A stretch of 64,000 nucleotides of DNA from the human T2T-CHM13v2.0 reference genome, Homo sapiens. This document shows positions 43,243-64,000 of this stretch, piece after piece. The number at the start of each line of letters is the position of its first letter. The stretch's first letter is position 1. The position numbers and the translations under genes are program-made. A model generated the notes under the pieces. The model worked only from the letters and a program-made list of their open reading frames with translations. It was not told the DNA's origin and did no database searches. Location of the stretch: positions 6,944,001 to 7,008,000 of the forward strand of contig CP068257.2 of the NCBI GenBank assembly GCA_009914755.4, in the 5' to 3' direction.

Positions 43243-43627
43243 TAATTCAGTTGTGTTATGTTTTGACCTTGAACATAACCTGTTGTGTTTCAACTGTCTT
43301 TCCAGGCTTCGATTGTAAGCTTTTTAAAGAAAGAGGATTGTATTTTATGATTTTGGCAGTGCCCTCCTTGTCTTCTTCTACAACTTCTAGTTCAGAGCTT
43401 TATTTTGTTTCATAATCACTCTAGAAATTATTAACAAACCAGTGGGTACTTAGTTGATTTAGTCAAATAGAACTAAGTCCAGACTGAACAATATTGGTTG
43501 ATAATCATTTGGCTAATACTGAAATTTTGATGTTATTCAAAATAATATTCTAAAGCGGTGCTAATAGAAATATAATGAGAACCACATATGCACCTTAAAA
43601 CTTCCTAGTAGCCACATTAATAAGTTA

Positions 43628-43900
<273 letters not shown>

Positions 43901-44379
43901 TTAATTTTAATGCCTTCCATTTCGATATATTTAAAATATTACCATTTCAACATGTAATATGTAATTATGTGCTGTATTTTATGTTTGCAGGACATCTCAG
44001 TTCAGACTAACTACATTGCAGATCCCAAGTGTGTGTCATTAAAATAGTGATAGATTTGTGTGTGTACATACATATAATATTATCATTTATAGTTTCTTGA
44101 TTAGAATTCTGCATAATCAAGTCTTACTAAGACAGGTTTATTATATTTTCTCATTACTTATTGGTCTATAGGAATTCTACCTCTAAAGAGAGAATTAGGT
44201 GAATAATAAAATGTCATGACTCCATTTTATAGTACTATCTTAGCATTAATATTTGGAATTGTTATTCTAGACCTTAGCAAAAATATATGTTTTGATTATG
44301 AATTTTCTGAAGCTTTCCAGTTAAGTGTAAAACAAGTGAAAAATATAACTTCGTATTTTGTGTATTTTGCTTTTTATAG

Positions 44380-44481
44380 GTGTCTACTGCAGATATTTCA
44401 TCAAATAAGGATGATGAAGAAAACTCTATGCACACTACGGTTGTGTTGTTTTCTAGTAGTGACAAATTCACTTTGAATCAG
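44380..44481 (+). CDS. KMT2C: KMT2C-like short exon (exon-15 equivalent; acidic, serine-rich linker)
   Basis: Acceptor tttgctttttatag at 44366-44379, donor gtttga at 44482. Translation: VSTADISSNKDDEENSMHTTVVLFSSSDKFTLNQ. Phase 0 matches the end of the 26166-26866 exon. Confidence 0.7.
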
Positions 44482-44673
44482 GTTTGAACTTGAAAATTTA
44501 CTGTCTTCCTCATTGAATTCCTCCTTGCACATTTCTGCTTTATCTCATATACACAGAAGTGATCCAATATTTAGCTATAGAGCTATATTAGTTAAGAAGG
44601 TATTTTTAAAGTAAAATTTGTAGGTTTTTAGCTTAGTCTCCATTTAAAATATGTTCTGTTTTCTTAACTTCAG

Positions 44674-44778
44674 GATATGTGTGTAGTTTGTGGCAGTTTT
44701 GGCCAAGGAGCAGAAGGAAGATTACTTGCCTGTTCTCAGTGTGGTCAGTGTTACCATCCATACTGTGTCGGTATTAAG
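44674..44778 (+). CDS. KMT2C: KMT2C-like exon encoding the start of PHD finger 4 (exon-16 equivalent)
   Basis: Acceptor ttcttaacttcag at 44661-44673, donor gtaaac at 44779. Translation: DMCVVCGSFGQGAEGRLLACSQCGQCYHPYCVGIK. Confidence 0.85.
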
Positions 44779-45774
44779 GTAAACATCCTTAAATTGAGTT
44801 AACAAATACGTATTGAATTTTTATTTGGTTTTAGTAGTAACATGAGCTCCTAGTTCTCACAATTAAGTATTATGATTATTAAACATATGTGACAGTATTT
44901 AAGCACTTTAAATACTGCTTTTAAGGGTTTCCTATCTCAAGAAATTTGCTCCTCTATAAATCTTATATTGTACTAATATCCTGCTTTTGTCTTGAAAAAG
45001 TAAAACATAAAAATATATGCATTTAATTTAAAAGACAATTTATACTATTCACAAAGATTTTAGGTTTAGGTGATTCATTTTGTCTGTTTATTTAAAAAGC
45101 TGAGAACTGGAGTATTTAGTAAAAAATTATTGGCCCATTCTGTTCTTTCCCGCATTCTCTCTCCTCTGTGCTCACTCATATACAAAATGACATTTTCTCC
45201 TTATAGCCAAAAGAAACAAAACAAGTGTCATATTTAATGCAATTGGTAATAATCGAGAGTCAGCACTGCTCACTTTCAAGCATTTCAGTATAGAGGCTTT
45301 CTGGGGAACGTTTTAAGTGGTATCGTGTGCTTGGTTTTAAATATGGACAGGTCTCAATACTTCACTAGTTGTATCTAAGGTTCTTGGTTTTTTCTTTTTA
45401 AGAACTCAGTCTTAATAAAACTTACATATTTGAATAAAGTGTCATGGCCACTGAAAGCAAGCATGGAGGTATAGCTGTACAGCAGAGGTCTTAAACTGTA
45501 TACTCCATGGACCTGACTGTGGCCTGGGGGTTGGGGACCCCTGCTATAGAGGTTTCAGATTTAAATTCAGAAGTTAGAATGAAAAAGAATTATATTCTTT
45601 ATCTAAATGATTTCACAGTTAACTGAGAGAAAGTCAGTATAAGTTGAAAAGTTTATCAGTGTTAATAAGAATGAAAAATATGTACAATATGCAATTACTA
45701 TTAAATATAATTTGCCCATAGTTGCACACTGATTTCATTATCATGACAGTTAAGTATCAGAGCTTCTGGTTTCT

Positions 45775-46250
45775 CACTCTTCATTCATGTATTCAGCAAC
45801 CATGTGCTAAGGTACTAGGACAAGCACTGGATTAACAAGATAAAGATGATAAGGTCCACCCCTCAACAACTGTATGCTATAATCCAAAAAACAGGCAATT
45901 CCCATACAGAGTCATACATACAATGACAGGCATAAGACACCACTTACTGGAAGACATAGAAGGGATACTAGCCCAGGTTTGTGTCAATATTGTAGGCTTT
46001 TTGGTAGAGGCAATTCATAGGTTGATAGCTGAAGGGGAAGGAAAACACATGTAGGATAGAGGGAAGAAGTAAATGCAAAGAGCTGGAGGTGAGGATGATC
46101 ACTGTGGAGCTCCGTGTAGTCTAGTTTGGCTGGATGCTAGAACAAAGGTGCAGAGTATGGTAAGTGGCGAAAGATAAGGCTGAATAACCTGACAAGAACC
46201 ACACTGATGTGAGAGTTTTGATTCCATGCTAAGGAATTTTCAACTTTTCC
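45775..46250. repeat. Ancient MIR-like or associated interspersed repeat (degenerate)
   Basis: cattcatgtattcagcaaccatgtgctaaggtactaggacaagcactgg...agctggaggtgaggatgatcactgtggagc...tagtttggctggatgctagaacaaaggtgcagagtatggtaagtgg resembles the MIR 3' end (reverse complement) plus an adjoining old repeat. Confidence 0.35.
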
Positions 46251-47256
46251 CAGGTGCAAAAGGAAACCAATGACAAAGTCAATGACTAGAGATTTAAAAT
46301 GTCACTGGTCAAGTGACTGCTTGTGACCTGTAATTGCTTAACTAATTATTATCACATGAGTGTGGGGTCTGTTAGCCTTAAATCACTACCTTAACCTTGA
46401 GAAGTTGATGATGCCTTTGTTTTCTGAGAACAGTTTCCGTGTGCAGGCTGACAGTTCTATAGGGGTGGCAGAAGAAAAGTGTAGGGCCAGAAAAAAAGAT
46501 ACACAGACTTCTTGTGATTTTTTTAAAGCTATGGAACATGATGAAGTAACAAAGCATAAGTATACCCTTCACTATGAATGATTATGTTTTCACATCTTTC
46601 ACTAGATGTGTGTAAGAAAAAATATTTAACGTAGCATGTATTAACCAAGCTATTGAGAGGAATACCGTTCACTACTTACAGTTTATTTCAGAAATCAATG
46701 ATTTGAATTTAATTCATAAATTTTGGCAACATACCTTCATCTAGCTCTTGAACACCTGGCAGCATCTGAAATAAATCAAATATTACTTATAAAGTTTCAG
46801 TCAAACAAGAGACATTATCATGTAAACCCACTGCAAGTCAAGGAGCATCTGTACTGTAGATTGATCATCCCTAATCTATAAATCTGAAATCCAAAATGCT
46901 CTACAACCTGAAACTTTTTGAGCTCGGACATGACACCACAACTGCAACATTCCACACCTGACCTCATGTGACAGGCTCTGGGGAAAACAGTAAAAACTTT
47001 GTTACCTGCAAAAAATTACTGTAAAATATTGTAGAGAATTACCTTCAGGCTATGTGCATAAGGTATATATGAAACATAAATGAATTTCATGTTTAGACTC
47101 AGGTACCATCCCCAAGATATTTCATTAGGTATATACAAATATCCAAAATCTGAAAAAAATCTACTTTTGGTCCCAAGCATTTTGGACAAGGGACATTTAA
47201 CCCGTCCTACTGGAAAAATAAAATTCCTTTTCAGTATGACAGAAATTAAGAGATCA

Positions 47257-47379
<123 letters not shown>

Positions 47380-47705
47380 TTACTCTCACATATAATTGTT
47401 TTTAAATCATGTAAATTCTAAACAAACTTCTGAAGGTATAATTACACAAATTCTTAGCAATCGCAAAAGTAGATGACTGGGCTACTGTGTCATTTTTCTA
47501 CCTGTGTTTTGTTGATAATATGCAAAATTTAGGAATAATGTAGAAAAATGATGTATGTCAATATAGCTTACAGATGAAACTTTTTTGGCTTCACAAAGAC
47601 ATACTTATCATAACTGATACAATTTTCATACTACAGTGCTCTTTTGCTTTATAAATACTCAAGTTATTTTGTGTGCTGCTTCAAATTTTACTTTTGTGCA
47701 TCGCC

Positions 47706-47775
47706 TTCCATCTCCTTAGTACATCTTATAGTAGCTGTAAGTTGATCCTGTATTTCTTGAAACTAAAACAAAGAA
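47706..47775 (-). pseudogene. Possible C-terminal coding end of the ANKRD-like gene (stop at 47706-47708)
   Basis: Reverse complement reads ...QEIQDQLTATIRCTKEMEGDAQK followed by TAA. The boundary is not defined. Confidence 0.3.
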
Positions 47776-49238
47776 TTAAAAAAAATTACATTTGGAAATG
47801 ACCTAAATGTCCATCAGTAGATGAATGAATCAACAAAATATATATAAAATATTTTAGACTATCACAATCTTTTTTATTTAAAAAAGGTCAGAATCTAGGA
47901 TAAATCATCCCATTACCTGTTTTTTGTAATTAATTTTAGTGGGACACTGCCACACCCCTTCAATCTGCATATTGTTCGTGGCTACTTTTGTGCTATAACT
48001 GCAGGGCTGAGTTATTGCAACAGTGATATTATGGCTCACAAAGCCTTAAATAATACTATCTGGCCCTTTACAGAAAAGTTCACAGACCCCTGCTCTAAGA
48101 CTAAAACACAACATTCTTCTTGCTCTTGAATTACATTTTATCAGTTAAATACTCAAACTTGCAAACTGGTAAAATGTGGAAAGATAAAGGATTACCTCAT
48201 GCTAAGCATTTATATTTTGAATTCCAAACACTACCACATCAACTATAATTTTATTTTTTGTATGTATGCATTTAGTTTTATTATAGCAAAGCAACTTGCA
48301 CATTTTTAAATATTTAAAACTAAGCGTCATCTTTCCTTTCTAGGGAAACAACAAGAAAATTTAAAAACAAGCAGGAACAAAATTAAAATCGACAAAGTCA
48401 GTTCCAAATAAGATCCTACAGGATCTTATTGACTCTCCCATTGAATAGCAGGACTCAAGTCATCATTAGGAGAGAAGTAATTTAAAAGCGTCATCTTATA
48501 CTGCAAAGATGTCCATTAAACATGCCAAAGGAGAAACCTTGTTGTCTAAATGCCCACTTAACCAACCCGAACATCTCAAACTCATCCTTTGCTGACCTTA
48601 TATAACCCCCTTTTTAGTTTAGCTTTTTCTATAAATAAGAGAAAATAGATACATGTTGGCAAATGCTAACTGTCCATATTCATATAGAGACAAAATGTGC
48701 TCTCTGAGCCCAATAGAAAGAGAGTAAGGATTTTCATCAAAATAAAAATTTATTCAGTAAAATGGCCTTTCTGAACAAGTTAACCTGAAATCTATGAAAT
48801 AAGTACACACAAGTTCTTTATACATTCAGAAAAGTAGAGACTAAAAATAAGATAATTTTCTGAAACATTCCATTAGACATTGTCCTCTGAATTAATCTGG
48901 CTTGCCTCACCATGCCAACAGAGAAATCATTAAAAATAGACTGTTTAACAGGTAAAAAAAAAAAAAACTCTGTCAACTTCTGTGAGAAATGATGCATAAT
49001 TCTCAACTTTCCTAAGGTTAAATATTTAAGAAAAAAATATGTATAAAAAATGGCAGAATAAAAGAGATTAAGATATAGGTGCATTATAATAAAATTTTAA
49101 TAAAATTAATAATAAGGAAAATACAAAAGAAAGCCATCCACTATAAAATTTTAATAAAATTAATTATAATAAAAATACAAAAGAAAGCCATCCACTAAAA
49201 TTAGTACCCCAAAACACTTTATATTAGTTAACTAGCTA

Positions 49239-49406
<168 letters not shown>

Positions 49407-50813
49407 TCATTGAAGCTGTCTCACAGCTACCTGATGTTATTTTTGTTACTGATTTTACAAATCACATTATTAAACCATTAATAATATTTAACTCTAAAGC
49501 ATACACTTTGAAAAATATCACCACACAGATCGATTCACCTTCTTTTCCTCATGTGTACACATTCCTGTGTATTACTGAATCCAGTTAAGGATACAGAAGG
49601 TGTTATCTTCCTTCCAAACTGGTATTGTTATTCACACAACATATTCAGCCCACTAGTCATTCCTCCCCTGATGAATCTGCAATGCTTAAAAACCTGAAGT
49701 CTCAAAAAGAAATGAGTATGTGGTTGAGACCGATGGTAGTAAATTATACATTGTGGAATGATTTTTCTCTTTCTTTTTGTTAGAAACTCAAATCAACCTC
49801 AGAGTTCCTCACATTAAATCATCTGCTTAAATGCTTCCAATAGATGTCTATCTCAGAAGAAAAGTAAAATTACAGTGGCCTTAGATGCTCTAAGTAACCT
49901 GTCCTCCACCGCTCACCCTGACTCAGCTGCTATATCTCTCCTCCCTACTCACTCCATTCCTACTCTGAGTCCTGCCACTCCTCGTTAGTCTGAAATCCTC
50001 CTTAGTCTGAAAATGGGGATGCAGTGTCAAACTAATAAATCACAGATAGCTATGCCTCTTTTTGTCCTGGACAAAGTTATATCCAAATGATAGTAATTGA
50101 GCCTTGAAATAAAAATTAGGAGCAAATTTTTTATTTAAAAATGAAAGTAAATTATAAATGCCAGTGGGAAGATTAAATCAAATATGATTTGGCTAAAATT
50201 TACTACTTCATTTTCCCCATATTATAAGTAAAATTAGATGCCTTTGAAAATAGAATGATCATATCTATACATAACTTGAGATTGAAATAGTTTCAGATTT
50301 AAGTCAAACTGACATGAAGAAGAACAAAATTTTACCAACTAAGACATATTTAAAGCTACTGAAGGAAAGTAATTATGAAATAGGTAATACACTTCAGCTC
50401 ATCTAGGAAATCTGAAATTAACTGTCAAAGTACCCCAATTTATTGAATCAACTTCAAAATACCATTTTAGGTATGAGCATTTCCATATATCTGATTTATC
50501 ATGGTCTTAAAATGTTGCAACATAAATACATTAAAATTATTATTTCAGTAGTATGACTATATTATTACTATTAGTCTATATTAACATTTTATAACTTAAA
50601 ATTTTATAAGTGACACATTGACTTTAATCAGAGGAAAACATCTCTCAGATCTAACTTTGACTTGTTGGAAACAAGGAATGTTTCTAAGCAGATATATTTA
50701 TCATATGTATCCTTTTTTATATTCAACTAGATCCAACATTCAGCTGTAACCAAATATTACTTTAAATTGTGCTTCAGGAAGTTTGAAAAATACTTATTTT
50801 TCGTGATACTTAC

Positions 50814-51729
<916 letters not shown>

Positions 51730-52683
51730 CTAAATAAAACAAAGAAAACTTGTAACTAGTATCCAATAGGATAACATATTGTGATTGTTTCTGAAATTAA
51801 ATAATAACCCGTACATTTATACAATGAGAGGTTGCCATAACTGTATATCTAAATGGGAAAAAAGAAGTTGAGTCAAAACCTCAAACCTCATATGGCATAA
51901 ATTCCCCAAAGTTCAAAAGTTTATTTGAAGACAGTGAATCCATGAAAGCAAAAAAGAAACCACTAGATAATTTTTTTAAATTTCAGGATGAAAAAAGGCT
52001 TTTACTGAATTACAACAATTTGCAAGGCATGAAGAATTAATAACTATGACCACATTAAAAAATTGTGTTTACACTCTGACATCTAAACTATACCTCTCCC
52101 TGTAGTGAGAGCCTTAGCTTAGCAGACATTTGGACAGATGAATGACATTTTCCAAATTCTTTAAGCTCACTTTTTCTAAAATATTGTCTAGATATTCTAC
52201 TTTTCTAATATTTTTATGGTCAGTTTTAAGAATGATATTTATTGATAAATGATAAGTCTAGGCATTGTACTAAGCACTTTTACACACACAAATCAATGAA
52301 CTCATTTAGTTATAATTCTATAGCAAAAGGTTAAAAATATAAGGAAGCTGCAGGATTTTTCCCAGCTTTTCTGACTCTACTCCTAGTGCTCTTCCACCAA
52401 ATCAATAACTTCTGTGAGGTAGATACATACATACAAAAATAATCTTCTATTTCAAGACACCAAAAGTCAAGAAAATTAAATTTATATAGCTCTTTTTAGA
52501 AAATCATGAGATTATTTACTATTGTGATAACTTTTATTTCTTTTCCATAACATTTGAAACGTAATTAACATGAAATAGAGGAAAATATGCTGAACTATGT
52601 CACTAGGAACAAAATACTTACAATATCATTAAGTATATATTATAGAATAGCATTGTTTTCATAAGGCTTTTGAACTAAAATAA

Positions 52684-53049
<366 letters not shown>

Positions 53050-53176
53050 CACCATGATTCATTTTTAAGATGAAATAAAATTTGGGGACTGTTTAGGTCT
53101 AAATAATATACATTAAATGAAAGAGATATTGTAAGTAATATTAATGAGTAGAAATATGAAGTTTTACCAAGCATTA

Positions 53177-53383
<207 letters not shown>

Positions 53384-54846
53384 TTAGAATTTATCTTATC
53401 AGTGAGGACTAAGCTCTAATTTTTTATCTTGCCCAAATTCCTACCTAAGGGGTCCAGGGAGTCATGCTCTACAAACCATGGATTCTCATCAGATGGGTTT
53501 TATTTGACCCTGTATATTGTGACTTGCTTTTCAATCTGACTCTGGCATAACATTATGAGACAAGGAAGAAAATATTTAATCCAAAATATATTTCCTTGCC
53601 ATGCCTTGAAATTGCCCTGCAAAGTCTCTTGTGGGAAAAATCCACATTCTATAGAGTACCCCCTTTCCCCTTTGTTTTCCTTCCTTTCTATGCAGATCCA
53701 GGGGATAATCAGCTAACAGCCAGGCACCCTTTTGGGTCCGATAAGAAACATTTTACAACTGCTCTCTCTGAAGTCTGCTGAGAGATTTCTCTGCACAATA
53801 AAACTTGGTCTCCACAATCATTTATCTTAACCTGAACATTTCTTTCCATTAATCCCAGCTCTTCAAATAAACTCAACCAATTGTCAACGAGAAAATGTTT
53901 AAATTTACCTATAGCCTGGAAGCCCCAGCTTTGAGTTGGCCTGCCTTTCTGAACCAAACCAATGTATTTCTTAAATGTATTTGATTGATGTCTCATGCCT
54001 CCCTAAAATGAATAAAACCAAGCTGCGCACCGACCACCTTGGGAACATGTTCTCAGGACCTCCTGAGGGCTGTGTCAGGGGCCACGGTCACTCATATTTG
54101 GCTCAGAATAAATCTCTTCAAATATCTTACAGAGTTTGACTCTCTTTGTTGATATTAGAAAACATTCGTACGTTGGTTTATTATCCTAATGAAATTTCTA
54201 TGTTCTTAAATATTATTTTTCTTTCTAGTTCTCATGTTTTTAGTTTCTCACCTCAATCTCATCCAAAGGACATGTGTAAGTTGAAATGTATTGATAAAAG
54301 AACAACCTGCATATGTTTCTGTTACTAGTAACTCCAGCAAATAGTATGAAAAAGGATGTTGAAAATTATTCAGTAAAGTTACAAGATAAAAATTATCTTT
54401 TCTTCACACAGTAATTACTTCTCAGTTAGGATGAATCATTTAGTTAATTAACATAAAGTTACTTTTATAAACAAGTTGATACATTCACTAGAAATACATT
54501 TTCATCTTCATGAAACATTCATTGCAAGTATCCCTAAACATAATTTATATTGTAAGATAGCATTTTTGATGTCTTTATGAAACATATCTACAGATTATTG
54601 TAATCCAAGACTAGTTTAAGAATGTAATATGTTACCCTACACTTTTTAAGATTTTTTTTGGGTAACACTTCCAGTCTATCCTATTGATTAGTATGTATTT
54701 TATAACCAATTTTAAAATATGTCTTGGAACAACACAAGATCTAATATTTAATTAAACAATAAAGAATAATACATGTCTTCAGCATAAAACTGAATTAATT
54801 TTATCTACATAGCAGAGACAGAGATGTTGAATAAGCTAATCAGTAA

Positions 54847-55193
<347 letters not shown>

Positions 55194-55669
55194 TGATAGT
55201 TTTTAAAATAATTATTCTGTGTAAAGAAAAATATCTGTTTTATACTCTGTTGGTTGAATTATAAATTAATATAAACATTCTTAAGAACAATTTAGAAATA
55301 TTGATCAAAGATCTAAAACAGATCTAAAAAAGTGTCTATACTTTAACCAGAAGAATTTATCCAAGGTAAATAATTAGAAATGTAGAAAACTATGTGTATA
55401 TAAAAGATGTTCCTTGTAGCATTATTACAAAAACTTTTTAAAACCTAAAATTCAATTCATCAATTAAATAATGAGATTTCCAAAGCATAAAATTCTATAC
55501 AGCCATTAAAACTATGATTTAAAAGAATATGCATTTAATTATTAGAGAAGTATTCACAATTAAGAACTAGTGATATTATATCCAATAATTTCACACTCTA
55601 TAAGATTAAGAAGCTTTCTTCCTTGTTAAATCCTAGAAGGAAAGTTCATAATTACAAAACCTCTCCTTA

Positions 55670-55851
<182 letters not shown>

Positions 55852-56249
55852 CCAAGTTGCTCACAGTGATTTTCTTTAAGTTCTATTCATCTTTTACACA
55901 AACAAAATGTATTTTTAATTTTCAATAGGTGAACACAATCTGTAACTGGGAAAAAGCAAAGTAGAAATAAAATACATGAGTAGATTTCTGGATATAAAGG
56001 ACCGTGCATTTTTAACATTCAGACACTGAACAAGTATGAACATATTGAGTGCCTACAAGGTGGAAGATATTATAATAAGCTCTGAAGATAAGACAACACT
56101 TCTGCTATTATTTTAGCTTAAAGTATAACGAAGAACCAAGATAAAAAGATGACAGTTATAAACTCAGATGGGTCCTGTAAAAAAAACACAAACCATAGTT
56201 ATATGATTGCATAAGATAATTTGATCTATACTTCACCCAGGGAAGATTT

Positions 56250-58110
56250 CCGTGAGGAAGAGATGCTACACTGAGAAATGAAGGATGAGAAAGAAGCAGT
56301 TAAGCAAAGAGGAAAGAAAAGCACTCTGGCCAGTTTGCAGCATGTGCTGTGCTGAAGCTCTGCTACAATCTGTTACTAGCTCTGATGTAGTAACAGATAC
56401 TGATTTTTCATCTTATCTGAATGAATAAAAACAAAACAGACAAAATACATTAAACAATGATTTTCAATACAGTGGACTTCAGGCAATGAGGATGGTAGGT
56501 GATCACTGAAAGACAGAAAATATAGCAGGCATTACAAATGTCCCAGCTCTTTTGACAGAGTTTTAACAGAGGTTCGAGGCCATGAAAAAGGGAGAAAATC
56601 TGACATAGAGCTGGGGTGATGAAGCTGAGAGGCTAGGAAAACCAAAGCAGATAGAGATCACAGGACAGAAAACTGGAGAGAAAAGAGCAGTACAGGAAAC
56701 AAATCCTGGAGGTGTGCAGAGATTCCCTCCTGTGTATTTAGTGGAGTAATGAAAAGTGCTTGTGTGCTAGGAAACTTCCTAAGAACAATGGAAAATAAAA
56801 TTTAAAAAAAGTTAAAGAAAATTAGCAGAAACTATGTCTGGGGTTCACACAATGACTGGAAGAGCGTCCATTCCCATGAGCCAGGCCAAAATACCACATA
56901 CTTCACAGGACAATGAATATTCAGAAAGGTCTTGCCTCAGGAGTGAGGAATTACCCCAAATCTAAAAGCAAGCATGGAAAGATTTTAAGTAAATCTCTGT
57001 ACTCCAAATAAAACTCAAGACAATAAGTGGAAGCAGGGAAGTTTTTTTTTTTAAAAAAACAAACAAACCATACTTGCAGAGATGCAAATTACATTGTCAG
57101 AAGTAAAAACTATAGTGGATGGAAATAAACACAAATTAGAGATAACAAAGGAAAAATTCCTAAATTTGACACAATAAACTGCAAGAAACTTTCAAGCAGC
57201 TCACAGATAACTCCCCAAATAAAAAAGAAGAGACAGAAAAAAAATTAAAGAAAAAATGGCCCAAAATATTCTAACGCTTAATACAAACCATAATCTCACA
57301 GATTCAGGAAGGAAGTGTCTGGGACAGAAAAAAATGAAAATGTATCATTGTAATTTTTATACCATCTATGATGTATAATATTACTGAAGGTGAACTGTGA
57401 TAAGTTAAAATTATATACTAAAAATCCTAAACACTAAGATAGCAAAACAGTTATCGCTAATAAACCCAAAAATATATATAAAATTGAATCGTAAAAAACA
57501 GTTGACTAATCTAAAAGAAAGCAGGAAAAGAAGGGGAACAAAGAACAGTTGGGACTAATAGCAATCAAACAGCTACTAGACAAACATAACTGTATCAATA
57601 GTCACATTATAAATGACACTTGTCTAAGAACCTCAACTATAATACAGACTGTCAGGCTCAGCAAGAAAGCAAGACCCAACTGCAGGCTGCCTATAAGAAA
57701 TGCACTTTAAATGTAAAGACACAAATTGGTTGTAAGGATGGAAAAAGATACATGCTAACAGTTGCCAAAGGCAGCTGAGCAGGAGTGGCTGTATTAATAA
57801 CAAAGTAGATTTCATAGCAAAAAAAAAAAATTCTAGCAATAAATAACAAATGTCATGTCACAATAGTAAAAGGTTCAGTTAATCAACAAAACATAACAAT
57901 CCTAAGTCTTTATGCCCCTAATAACAAACCAGCCTCACAATATATGAGACCAAAGTGGCCATAATTTGAATTGACTTTTAAAGCAAAACAAATATTTTAC
58001 AGTGTCAAAATTGATCTCTTTAAATCGCTAAAAACTATTGAAATTCCAAATTGGAAACTTCAGAGTATCAAAATGTAAAAGTAGAAACATCTGAATAAAA
58101 CCTTATATTT
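56250..58110 (+). mobile_element. Ancient, highly diverged L1 fragment (ORF1 3' / ORF2 5' endonuclease region), sense
   Basis: 57600-57990 reads ...agcaagacccaactgcaggctgcctataagaaatgcactttaaatgtaaagacacaaattggttgtaaggatggaaaaagatacatgctaacagttgccaaaggcagctgagcaggagtggctgtattaataacaaagtagatttcatagc...caatcctaagtctttatgcccctaataaca.... This parallels the L1 ORF2 N-terminus (agtcaagacccatcagtgtgctg..acatgcaaagacacacataggctcaaaataaaaggatggaggaagatctaccaagcaaatgg...aggggttgcaatcctag...ctatcctaaatatatatgcacccaatacagg). Confidence 0.6.
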
Positions 58111-58149
58111 TTAGGCCAGGCACGGTGGTTCACGCCTGTGAACCATTTT

Positions 58150-63830
<5,681 letters not shown>

Positions 63831-64000
63831 CACTTAATCTAAGAGTTATAATTTAAAAAATCATTTTGTTTATGCTCATGAAGACTCCTGATGTTTTTAC
63901 ATTTCCTGGATTCAGCAGTTCGGCCTTCTCACCGTCTCTTCGTCCACTTTTGCAAAAACATACACATCAGTGAAATAATGTGTAATCAGATTCCTATGAA

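Noticed and set aside
48957-48972. Poly-A run of 15 nt that could mark a retroelement tail
   Set aside because: No recognisable SINE or LINE body or TSD precedes it, so it is treated as a simple A-tract.

Overview
This window is human (primate) genomic DNA. It is not a prokaryotic locus: there are no operons or CRISPR arrays, and the sequence is dense in Alu, L1, MIR, MaLR-LTR and microsatellite repeats. I find no evidence of a new 'system'; the interesting content is structural and paralog-related. The window looks like a juxtacentromeric-type mosaic of segmental duplications with three parts.

(1) From about 7.3 kb to 44.8 kb, on the + strand, lies a KMT2C (MLL3)-derived segment. It contains recognisable PHD-finger exons and the large serine-rich exon. 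It carries two in-frame stop codons at highly conserved positions: TGA replacing the last Cys of the second PHD finger, and TAG inside the large exon. This identifies it as a paralogous pseudogene copy rather than the functional 7q36 gene. That is the arrangement known for the BAGE-family loci, which arose from juxtacentromeric duplication of an MLL3 fragment.

(2) From about 47.2 kb to 55.9 kb, on the - strand, lies the 3' coiled-coil part of an ANKRD26/ANKRD30B/ANKRD20A-family gene. It is tail-to-tail with the KMT2C copy and disabled by a frameshift and stop codons.

(3) From about 56.2 kb to 64 kb there is an old + strand L1 fragment, followed by about 2.2 copies of an unclassified ~1.87 kb tandem repeat. 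A young 5'-truncated L1 (- strand, ~1.6 kb) is inserted into the first copy, flanked by a CATCC target-site duplication.

More than 25 Alu elements are present (several truncated, one inverted pair), plus a MADE1 mariner-derived element, a MIR, (TA)n, (GT)n and (CAA)n microsatellites, and small local tandem duplications. All calls come from reading the sequence and recalled family consensus features; nothing was checked against a database.
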